64,000 nucleotides of DNA. It comes from Actinomycetota bacterium. GTDB lineage: Bacteria > Actinomycetota > UBA4738. The stretch's first letter is position 1; the number at the start of each line of letters is the position of its first letter. Under the pieces are notes generated by a model. That model ran no database searches, was not told where the DNA came from, and saw only the letters and a program-made list of their open reading frames with translations. Made by a program: the position numbers and the translations under genes. The stretch spans positions 2,333-66,332 of the forward strand of contig DATLZQ010000002.1 of the NCBI GenBank assembly GCA_035573915.1, given 5' to 3'. This document shows, one piece after another, positions 45,632-54,452 of the stretch.

Positions 45632-48031
45632 TCAGCCGTGGCGGGCCACGGCGCCCAGGCCCACGTACTCGGGGACGGGCCGCTGGCCCGGGACCCGCGG
45701 CGACGGCGGCCACGGCTGGCGGGGCCGGACGGGGCCCGACAGCCCCACCAGGTCGTCGGGGCGGACCGGGATCCGGTTCAGCTCTCGCCCCGTGGCCGCC
45801 CGCAGGGCGGCCACGACGGCCGCAGGGGCCACGATGGTGGAGGGCTCGCCCACGCCCTTGGCCCCGAACGGCACCCCCGGCTCCGGCTCCTCCACGAGCG
45901 ACGAGCGCACCGGCGGCATGTCCAGGATGGTGGGGATGAGGTAGTCGGTGAAGGACGCGTTGCGGATCCTCCCCCCGTCGAGCTGGAGCTCCTCCATGAG
46001 CGCCAGGCCCAGGCCCATGGCCGAGCCCCCTTCCACCTGGCCCTCGACCATCTGCGGGTTGATGGCCCGGCCCACGTCCTGGGCCACCGCCAGCTCCACC
46101 ACCCGCACCAGCCCCAGCTCCTCGTCCACCTCGACCACGGCCCGGGCCGCGGCGAAGGTGAACGTCACGTGGATGTCCCCCTGGCCCTCCTCGTCGAAGG
46201 TCGTGGTGGGCCGGTGGTGGTACTCGCGGGTGGCCTCGATGGGCTCCCCCAGGAACTCGGCCACCGGGGCCACGGGCACCCCGTCCGCCATGAGCTCCCC
46301 GTCGGCCACCGTGAGCTCGGCCCCCTCCAGGTCGGGCCGGGCCTGGCGGGCCCTGGCCACGAGCTCCTCCAGGACCGCCCGACAGGCCGCCTCCACCGCG
46401 CCCCCCGTCATCATGGTCTGGCGGGAGGCGGAGCTCGACCCAGCCGAGCCCACCAGCGTGTCCGGCGGGTGGAGGACCACGTCCTCCACCCCCAGGACCG
46501 TGCGGGCCACCTGGACCACCACGGTGTGGACCCCCTGCCCGACCTCGGCGGCGGCGGTGTGGACCTCCGCCACCGGCCGGCCGTCGGACCCCAGGGAGAG
46601 CCGGACCCGGGCCGTGGAGTAGTCGTCGAACCCCTCGCTGTAGCCCACGTTCTTGTAGCCTGCGGCGTAGCCCACCCCACGGCGGAGCCCCTCCCCTCGG
46701 CCCACGTTGCCCGCCACCCCGCCGGGCAGCGTGATGGGGTCCCGGCGGCCCCGGGCGTCCACCGGTTCGGGCTGAGGGAGGGGGGCGGCCCGCACCCGCT
46801 CCAGGAGCTCCCGCACTGGGGCCGTGCCCCGGATCACCTGTCCGGTGGGGAGGACCGACCCCGTGCCCACGGCGTTGCGCAGCCTGAGCTCCACGGGGTC
46901 CAGCCCCAGTTCCCGGGCCAGCTTGTCCATCTGGGCCTCGTGGGCGAAGGCGGCCTGGACGGCCCCGAACCCTCGCATGGCGCCGCAGGGCGGGTTGTTC
47001 GTGTAGACGGCCGTCCCCTCGATGAAGGCGTTGGGGACCTCGTACGGCCCGCAGGCGAAGGTGGAGGCGTTGGCGATCACGAACGGCGAGGAGGACGTGT
47101 AGGCCCCACCGTCGATGAGGAACCGGCAGCGCACCGCCACCAGCCGCCCGTCCCGGGTGGCCCCCGTCCGCATCCAGATCCGGGCCGGGTGGCGGTGGAC
47201 GTGGCCGAAGAAGGACTCCTCCCGCCCGTAGGACATCTTGACCGGTTTCCCGGTGTGGAGGGCCAGGAGGCAGGCGTGGATCTGCATATGGACGTCCTCC
47301 CGGGACCCGAAGGCCCCGCCCACCCCGGCCAGGTGCAGGCGGACCTTCTCCTCGGGGAGGCCCAGCACGGGGGCGATCTGCTGGCGGTCCACGTGGAGCC
47401 ACTGGGTGGCCACGTACAGGTCGACCCCGCCGTCCTCCGCCGGGACCGCCAGCCCAGCCTCCGGCCCCAGGGGAGCCTGGTCCTGCATGCCGGTCTCGTA
47501 GTAGCCCTCCACCCAGACGTCGGCCCGGGCGTCGGGGTGCCCGTGCACGATGCGCACGTGGCGCACCACGTTGCCGAACTCGTGGACCTGGGGGGCGCCA
47601 GGTTCGAGGGCCTCCTCCATGTCGGTCACGGCCGGCAGGGGCTCGTAGACGACCCGGATGCGCTCCGCGGCCCGGCGGGCCTGTTCAGGGTGCTCGGCCG
47701 CCACCAGGGCCACGGGCTCCCCGGCGTAGCGGACCCGGTCCCAGGCCAGGACCGGCTGGTCGGGGTAGTCGAGGCCGAAGGTCTTCCGCCCCGGGATGTC
47801 CGAAGCGAGCAGGACGGCGTGGACCCCCGGGGCCGCCAGGGCCTCCGAGATGTCCACCGAGACGATGCGGGCGCTGGGGTGGGGGCTACGGAGCGTGTGG
47901 CCCCAGAGCATGCCCTCCGCCCACAGGTCGCTCCCGTAGGCGAAGGCCCCCTTGACCTTGGGGACCCCGTCCACCCGCCGGACGCTCTCCCCGACCCCCA
48001 GCCGCGCCCGTTCGGCGACCCGCTCGCTCAC
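45632..48031 (-). CDS. Xanthine-dehydrogenase-family molybdopterin-binding large subunit (XdhB/CoxL-like)
   Basis: GTG 48031 after GGAGGGAGG overlaps the upstream stop (GTGA). About 800 aa with Ald_Xan_dh_C/C2 signatures (GGAFGSRED, TNNPPCGAMRGFG). Confidence 0.85.
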   Translation of the reverse strand: MSERVAERARLGVGESVRRVDGVPKVKGAFAYGSDLWAEGMLWGHTLRSPHPSARIVSVDISEALAAPGVHAVLLASDIPGRKTFGLDYPDQPVLAWDRVRYAGEPVALVAAEHPEQARRAAERIRVVYEPLPAVTDMEEALEPGAPQVHEFGNVVRHVRIVHGHPDARADVWVEGYYETGMQDQAPLGPEAGLAVPAEDGGVDLYVATQWLHVDRQQIAPVLGLPEEKVRLHLAGVGGAFGSREDVHMQIHACLLALHTGKPVKMSYGREESFFGHVHRHPARIWMRTGATRDGRLVAVRCRFLIDGGAYTSSSPFVIANASTFACGPYEVPNAFIEGTAVYTNNPPCGAMRGFGAVQAAFAHEAQMDKLARELGLDPVELRLRNAVGTGSVLPTGQVIRGTAPVRELLERVRAAPLPQPEPVDARGRRDPITLPGGVAGNVGRGEGLRRGVGYAAGYKNVGYSEGFDDYSTARVRLSLGSDGRPVAEVHTAAAEVGQGVHTVVVQVARTVLGVEDVVLHPPDTLVGSAGSSSASRQTMMTGGAVEAACRAVLEELVARARQARPDLEGAELTVADGELMADGVPVAPVAEFLGEPIEATREYHHRPTTTFDEEGQGDIHVTFTFAAARAVVEVDEELGLVRVVELAVAQDVGRAINPQMVEGQVEGGSAMGLGLALMEELQLDGGRIRNASFTDYLIPTILDMPPVRSSLVEEPEPGVPFGAKGVGEPSTIVAPAAVVAALRAATGRELNRIPVRPDDLVGLSGPVRPRQPWPPSPRVPGQRPVPEYVGLGAVARHG

Positions 48032-49430
48032 CCCGACCTCCCTCCGCCCCTCGGCCGGATCTCCAGCCCGGCGATGCGGCGGGCCACCCTCCGGCCCTCC
48101 TGGGCGATGGTCTCCTCGTCGGCCGTGACGAGGTGGCCGTCCCGGACCACCGGGCATCCCTCCACGAACAGGTGGCGGACCCGCCGGGGCGCGCAGTGGA
48201 GGAGGGCCGCCACCGGGTCGGTCTCGGCGCCCGCGAACTCCAGCCCCTCCACGGAGAACAGGGCCACGTCGGCCCGCTTCCCCGGCTCCAGCGAGCCGAG
48301 GTCGTCCCGGCCCAGGCAGGCCGCCCCGCCCCGGGTGGCCACCCGGAGGGCGGCCCGGGCGTCCAGGGCCCCGGGGTCGCCCCCGGCCCGGGCCACGAGC
48401 ATGCCCACGCGGGCCTCAGCCAGCAGGTGGCCGGCGTCGTTGGAGGCGGAGCCGTCCACCCCCAGGCCCACGGTGGCCCCCGCGTCCAGCAGGTCCCGGG
48501 CCCGGGCCACGCCCGCCCCCAGCCGGAGGTTGGAGGTGGGGCACCACGCCACCCCGGCCCCGGCCTCCGCGACCCTTCGGACGTCCCGCTCGTCCAGGTG
48601 CACGCAGTGGGCCAGCCAGACGTCGGGGCCCAGGAACCCGAGGTCCTCGAGGAGCTCAAGGGGCCGGCGCCCGAACCGCTCCCGGCAGTAGGCCTCCTCG
48701 TCCCGGGTCTCGGCGACGTGGGTGTGGAGGCGGACCCCCAGCCGCCGGGCCAGCTCCGCCGACTCCTTCATGAGGCGCTCCGTGGCCGAGAACGGCGAGC
48801 AGGGGGCCACCGCCACCCGGAGCATGGCCCCCGGGGACGGGTCGTGGTAGCGGGCCACGGCGGTCTCGGTCTCGGCCAGGACCCGGTCGGTGTCCTCCAC
48901 CACGGAGTCCGGAGGGAGACCGCCCCGGGAGGCCCCCAGGTCCATCGAGCCCCGGCAGGGGTGGAACCGCAGCCCCACCTGCCGGGCCGCGTCCATCTCG
49001 GCCTCCAGCAGGCCCGACACGCCGGGGGGGAAGACGTAGTGGTGGTCGGCGGTGGTGGCGCACCCCGAGAGGGCCAGCTCGGCCAGGCCCACCGCGGCCG
49101 CGGCCCGCTCCCACTCCGGGTCCAGCCCGGCCCACACCGGGTACAGCTCGGTGAGCCACCCGAACAGCCCCTTGGTCTGGGCCCGGACCCGGGTGAGGCA
49201 CTGGTAGAGGTGGTGGTGGGCGTTGACCAGGCCCGGGAGGGCCACCGTCCCCCGGCCGTCCACGTGTTCGGCCTCCTCCGCGCCCGGCGGCTGGCCCGTC
49301 CCCACCCAGGCCACCTGCCCGTCCCGCAGGAGGAGCGACCCGCCGGGGAGCTCGGTACCCCGGTCGTCCATGGTCACGACCACCTCGCACCCCTCGATGA
49401 GGACGGGCCGGGCCCGCGGTTCGCCCACGC

Positions 49431-49434
<4 letters not shown>
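48028..49434 (-). CDS. Amidohydrolase, COG0402-type (guanine/8-oxoguanine/cytosine deaminase-like)
   Basis: GTG overlaps the FeS-subunit stop (GTGA). LVNAHHHLYQ metal site, HTHVAET, GVDGSASND. Confidence 0.75.
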
Positions 49435-49895
<461 letters not shown>

Positions 49896-49907
49896 CCCAC
49901 CCCTCCC

Positions 49908-50792
49908 TCAGGCCCCGGTGCCTTCCCCGGCCCACCGCCGGTCCTCCAGGGCCCAGCGCAGGGCCCTCCGGGCCAGGACGGCCACGGCGTGGCGCCGGTA
50001 GGCGGCCGTGCCCCGGACGTCGTCGATGGGCCGAGCAGCCTCCGCCGCCAGGCGTCCGAACTCCTCGAGGGCCTCCTCGGGGACGGGCGCCCACGGGTCG
50101 TCCCACGCCCCGGCCTCGGCCAGGGCCTCCCGGGCGAAGGCCTCGGCCTCCCGGGCCCGGACGATGGTGGGGGCCACCGAGCCCAGGGCCACCCGGACCT
50201 CCCGGGCTCCGTCGTCCAGCTGGAGGCAGAGCCCGGCCACGGAGATCACCATGGCGTTGCGGGTCCCTACCTTCGAGAACGACCCGGGCCCCCGGACCGC
50301 CCGCCACCGGGCCCCCAGGATGAGCTCGTCGGGCTCCAGGGCGTTGCGTTTGGGCCCCAAAAGGAAGCGGTCCCAGGGGAGGGTCCGCACCGCCCCCGCC
50401 CGGGCCAGGACCACCTCGGCGTCGTAGGCGGCCAGGACCGGCAGGGCGTCCCCGGCCGGGGAGGCCGTCCCCAGGTTCCCCCCCAGCGTGCCCCGGTTCC
50501 GGATCTGGGGGGAGCCCACGGTGCGGGAGGCCTGGACCAGGGCCGTGAACTCGGGGAGCTCGCGCATGATCCGGGTGTAGGTCACCCCAGCCCCGAGGAA
50601 GACCTGGCCGTCCTCCCGCCGCCACTCGGCCAGCTCGGGCAGGCGGGAGACGTCGAGGAGGGCGGGGGGGCGGCGTCGGTCGAAGTTGAGCTCCACCATG
50701 ACGTCCGTCCCCCCGGCGATGGGGAGGGCCTCGGGCCGACGGGCCTTGAGCTCCAGGGCCTCCTCGAGCGAGCGAGGCAGCAGGACGTCCAT
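49908..50792 (-). CDS. Xanthine-dehydrogenase-family FAD-binding medium subunit (CoxM/YgfM-like)
   Basis: ATG 50792 overlaps the upstream stop (TGATG). AGGTDVMVEL, NRGTLGGNL FAD-binding motifs. Confidence 0.8.
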   Translation of the reverse strand: MDVLLPRSLEEALELKARRPEALPIAGGTDVMVELNFDRRRPPALLDVSRLPELAEWRREDGQVFLGAGVTYTRIMRELPEFTALVQASRTVGSPQIRNRGTLGGNLGTASPAGDALPVLAAYDAEVVLARAGAVRTLPWDRFLLGPKRNALEPDELILGARWRAVRGPGSFSKVGTRNAMVISVAGLCLQLDDGAREVRVALGSVAPTIVRAREAEAFAREALAEAGAWDDPWAPVPEEALEEFGRLAAEAARPIDDVRGTAAYRRHAVAVLARRALRWALEDRRWAGEGTGA

Positions 50793-51817
50793 CAGAACTT
50801 CCCCCCGGCGAAGGCATCGATCATGGCCCGCACGTCGTCCCCCAGAGGGTAGAGGATGGGGCAGGTGCAGCCAGCCTCCACGTACTCCCGGACCTTGGCC
50901 CGGCACTCCTCCGCTGTTCCCGAGGCCGTGAGGAGCTGGACCACCTCGTCGGGGACCAGGCGCATGGCCCGCCGGATCTCCTCGGGGCCCGCAGGCCAGG
51001 TGAGGACCCTGCCGATCTCCTCGAGGAGGGAGGGGTCCACCCCGCTGGCCTTCATGATGTGGGGCTGCTGGCCCAGGTACTGGGTGACGAGCTCCCGGGC
51101 CCGGTCCAGGGCTACCTCCCGGTCCTCGTCCAGGGAGCACACCACGAGCTGGGGGCGGTCCAGGTCGTCCACGGTCCGGCCGGCGCGGGCCGCCCCCTCG
51201 GCCAGGGCGGCCAGGGCCTCCCGGTTGTAGGCCGGGCTCACCAGGTAATTGAGGACCACGCCGTCGGCCAGTTCCCCGGCCAGCTCCATCATCCGCATCC
51301 CCGTGGCCCCGATGTAGATGGGGACGTTGCGCGGCTCCCGCCGGCCGTGGACCACGTCGATCTCCACGTCCGTGAGGTGGACGAACTCCCCGTGGTACGT
51401 GACGCGCTCCATGGCCAGGAGGCGCCGGGTGGCCTCCACTGTCTCCCGCATGGCCTGGAGGGGGCGGCGACGGCGGATGCCCACCTTGGAGGCCAGGGGG
51501 TCCCACCAGGCCCCGATCCCCAGGATGACCCGGTCGGGGGCCAGGTCGTCCAGGGTGACGAAGGTGGCCGCCAGCAGGCCCACGTTGCGGGTCCAGCAGT
51601 TCACCACCCCCGAGCCCACCTTGAGCCGCTCGGTGACGGCGGCGTAGGCGGCCATGGGGACGGTGGCCTCCCGGACCAGGCGGCTCTCGGCCTGCCAGAC
51701 CGCCTCGAACCCCCGCTCCTCCGCGTAGCGGGCGTAGGCCATGCCGTCCCGGATGGGGTGCTTGTCCTGGAGGTACAGGGCCACCCGTCCCTGGCCGGTC
51801 ACCGCCACCTCAGCCAC
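50792..51817 (-). CDS. Luciferase-like monooxygenase (LLM) class oxidoreductase, probably F420-dependent, embedded in the hydroxylase operon
   Basis: 341 aa LLM TIM-barrel pattern (...GFEAVWQAE..., GIGAWWDP). GTG start at 51817 (an in-frame GTG 5 codons in is also possible). Confidence 0.7.
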   Translation of the reverse strand: MAEVAVTGQGRVALYLQDKHPIRDGMAYARYAEERGFEAVWQAESRLVREATVPMAAYAAVTERLKVGSGVVNCWTRNVGLLAATFVTLDDLAPDRVILGIGAWWDPLASKVGIRRRRPLQAMRETVEATRRLLAMERVTYHGEFVHLTDVEIDVVHGRREPRNVPIYIGATGMRMMELAGELADGVVLNYLVSPAYNREALAALAEGAARAGRTVDDLDRPQLVVCSLDEDREVALDRARELVTQYLGQQPHIMKASGVDPSLLEEIGRVLTWPAGPEEIRRAMRLVPDEVVQLLTASGTAEECRAKVREYVEAGCTCPILYPLGDDVRAMIDAFAGGKF

Positions 51818-51838
51818 CTCCCACGTGCCGCCTCCGTC

Positions 51839-53191
51839 TCACGCCGTGGCCGGGACCCCCGCCGGCACGAAGGGGTGCTCGTCGAGCTCGTCCAGCCTCC
51901 CCCAGAGCCGCTCGGCTGCCCGGCGAGCCCGCGCGGCCACCTCCGCCGGGTCCACCCGGGTGGGGCGGCGGTCCCGGACCACGAGCTCGCCCCCCACCAC
52001 GACGTCCCGGACGTGGCGGGCGGAGAGGCCGAAGACCCAGTGGGCGGCCAGGGTCTCGGGCTCGAGAGGGGTCGGCGGGTCGTACTCCAGCACCACCAGG
52101 TCGGCCGGAGCCCCCGGCTCCAGGGCGCCGAGGAGGGGCTCCCCGAAGGCCCGCCCGGCGAACCGGGCGGACTCCGCCAGCCGCTCCAGGACCCAGGGCG
52201 GGCCCACCCTGGGGTCCGCCTCCCGGGCCCGCCAGTAGGCGGCACGGGACTCGGCGAACAGGTCCCCGTCGATCCCGTCCGTGCCCAGGGCCAGCCGCCG
52301 GAAGGCTCCCACCGGGGCGTGCCCCACCCGGTTGTTCATGTTGGAGCGGGCGTTGTGGACGACCGTAGCCCCCCGTGCGTGGATGGCCTCCACCTCGCCC
52401 TGGTCCACGTGCACGCAGTGGGCGAGGAGGGCTCGCTCGTCCAGGGCCCCCGCCCGGTCCAGCCGGTGGATCACCCGGGTCCCGAAGCGGGCCAGGCAGT
52501 CGGCCTGGTCGGTCGCGTCCTCGGCCACGTGGACGTGGAGGCCGACCTGGAACTCCCTGGCCAGCTCCACGCAGGCGGCCAGGGTGTCCTCGGAGAGCGT
52601 GAAGCTCGCGTGGGCCCCCACCATGCCCCGGGTGCGCTCCCGGGGCCGCTCGAGGAAGGCCCGCTGGAGCTCGAGGCCGGCCCGGGCCACGTCCGGTCCG
52701 TCCCGGTCGCTCACCTCGTAGCACAGGACCGAGCGCAGCCCGAGCTCCTCCAGGGCCGAGGCCACGAGCTCCAGGCAGCCGGGCCCGGCGACGCTCGGCG
52801 AGGCGTGGTGGTCGACGACCGTGGTGGTCCCGGCCAGGAGGGCCTCCAGCCCTCCCAGGGCGGCCGAGGCCCGGACCGTGTCCTCGTCCAGGGCCCGGTC
52901 CAGCCGCCACCACACGCGGCGCAGGACCTCCACGAAGGTCCGGGGCGGCGGGAGGCGGTAGGGCATCCCCCGGGCCAGGGCCGAGTACAGGTGGTGGTGG
53001 GCGCAGACGTTGCCCGGGATGACCACGCAGCCCGAGCAGTCCAGACGGGGAGCCCCGGTGGGGAGCCCGGCGTCGCCAGGCTCGGCCACCCGGCCGTCCC
53101 TGACCAGCAGGTCGGCCCGGGCCAGGCGGGGCGGGGAGAGGGAGGTGACCACGGTCCCCCCGGTGAGGGCCAGGGCCCCTCCTCCCCTCAC
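51839..53191 (-). CDS. ssnA: SsnA-like amidohydrolase (chlorohydrolase-type)
   Basis: Collinear with E. coli SsnA (VCAHHHLYSALARGM, WWRLDRALDED, VHNARSNMNNRVGH, LALGTDGIDGD). GTG overlaps the upstream stop (GTGA). Confidence 0.75.
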   Translation of the reverse strand: MRGGGALALTGGTVVTSLSPPRLARADLLVRDGRVAEPGDAGLPTGAPRLDCSGCVVIPGNVCAHHHLYSALARGMPYRLPPPRTFVEVLRRVWWRLDRALDEDTVRASAALGGLEALLAGTTTVVDHHASPSVAGPGCLELVASALEELGLRSVLCYEVSDRDGPDVARAGLELQRAFLERPRERTRGMVGAHASFTLSEDTLAACVELAREFQVGLHVHVAEDATDQADCLARFGTRVIHRLDRAGALDERALLAHCVHVDQGEVEAIHARGATVVHNARSNMNNRVGHAPVGAFRRLALGTDGIDGDLFAESRAAYWRAREADPRVGPPWVLERLAESARFAGRAFGEPLLGALEPGAPADLVVLEYDPPTPLEPETLAAHWVFGLSARHVRDVVVGGELVVRDRRPTRVDPAEVAARARRAAERLWGRLDELDEHPFVPAGVPATA

Positions 53192-54435
53192 CCCTGGACG
53201 ACCTCCCGGACCGCGGCCAGGGCCGGCGCCACCCGATGGGGCTGGCGGCCGGCGGCCCGGGCGGCCTCGGTGGCCGCCCGGACGTCCTTGAGGCCGCTTC
53301 CCGTGACCACGCAGAGGACCCGGTCCCCCGGCCCGACCAGGCCCTCCTCCCGGGCCCGCCGGAGCCCGGCCAGGCTGGCCGCGGCGGCCGGCTCGGCGAA
53401 GACCCCGTGGGCCGCGAGCTCCCGCTCGGCGGCCAGGATCTCCTCGTCGCTCACGGCGAGGAGCGCCCCGCCCGACTCCCGGACGGCCCGCAGGGCCTTG
53501 ATGCCGTTGCGGGGCTCGGCCACGGAGATGGAGTCGGCCACGGTGTGCGCCTCCCGGACCTCCCAGGACTCCGTCCCCCGCTGGAAGGCGTCCACCAGAG
53601 GGGATGCCCCCTGGGCCTGGGTCCCCAGGAGCCTGGGGAGCCGGTCGATGACCCCGAACCGCCGCATCTCCTTGAGGCCCTTCCAGACCCCGGCCACGGT
53701 GCAGCCGTCCCCCACCGAGACGCTCACCCAGTCCGGGAGGGCGTCGCCGAACTGCTCGGCGATCTCCAGCCCCGCCGTCTTCTTCCCCTCCACCGGGACG
53801 GGGTTGATGGCGGCGCTGCGGTTGTACCAGCCGAAGGCCGCGGCGGCCCGGCTGCACAGCTCGTAGGCGTCCCGGTAGCTCCCCTCCACCACGAACACGG
53901 TGGCCCCGAAGATGAGGAGCTGGGCCACCTTGGCCTCCGGGGCCACCTCGGGCACGAAGATGAAGGCCCGCAGCCCGAGCTGGGCGGCGAAGCCGGCCAG
54001 GGAGGAGGCGGCGTTGCCCGTGGAGGCGCAGCAGACGGTGTCGAACCCGAGCTCCCGGGCCTTGACGGCGGCCACGGAGGAGGCCCGGTCCTTGAACGAG
54101 GCCGTGGGGTTGCGCCCCTCGTCCTTGACCCAGAGCTCGGCCACCCCGAGGGAGCGGGCCAGCCCTGGGAGGGGGAAGACCGGCGTCCAGCCGACCGGGA
54201 CCGGAGGGACCTCCGCCCCGTCGCCGATGGGGAGCAGGTCCCGGTACCGCCACTGGGTGCGCTCGGGGTCGGCGGCCAGGCGCTCCGGCCCGAAGCCCTC
54301 CCGGGCGAGGGCGTCGTAGTCGTAGCGGACGTCCAGGATGCCGGTGGGCCCGCAGTGGGGGCAGGTGTAGAGGACCTCCCCCTCCGCATAGGACCGGTCG
54401 CACTTCACGCAGACCAGGGCCTGGACCTTGCCCAC
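53188..54435 (-). CDS. Threonine-synthase-like PLP enzyme (fold type II) with N-terminal zinc ribbon
   Basis: CVKCD...CPHCG ribbon. PLP-Lys motif NPTASFKDR. CASTGNAASSLA glycine loop. 415 aa. Confidence 0.75.
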   Translation of the reverse strand: MGKVQALVCVKCDRSYAEGEVLYTCPHCGPTGILDVRYDYDALAREGFGPERLAADPERTQWRYRDLLPIGDGAEVPPVPVGWTPVFPLPGLARSLGVAELWVKDEGRNPTASFKDRASSVAAVKARELGFDTVCCASTGNAASSLAGFAAQLGLRAFIFVPEVAPEAKVAQLLIFGATVFVVEGSYRDAYELCSRAAAAFGWYNRSAAINPVPVEGKKTAGLEIAEQFGDALPDWVSVSVGDGCTVAGVWKGLKEMRRFGVIDRLPRLLGTQAQGASPLVDAFQRGTESWEVREAHTVADSISVAEPRNGIKALRAVRESGGALLAVSDEEILAAERELAAHGVFAEPAAAASLAGLRRAREEGLVGPGDRVLCVVTGSGLKDVRAATEAARAAGRQPHRVAPALAAVREVVQG

Positions 54436-54452
54436 GGTGCCGCTCCGGTGCC

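Noticed and set aside
45638-48691. 1017-aa + strand ORF antisense to the Mo-subunit and amidohydrolase genes
   Set aside because: Low-complexity Arg/Gly/Pro-rich translation, no recognisable domain, antisense to strongly supported hydroxylase genes. The same holds for the other long antisense ORFs (3237..4829, 17380..18660, 24267..26141, 32222..34159, 41681..43825 N-terminal part, 53188..56958 N-terminal part).
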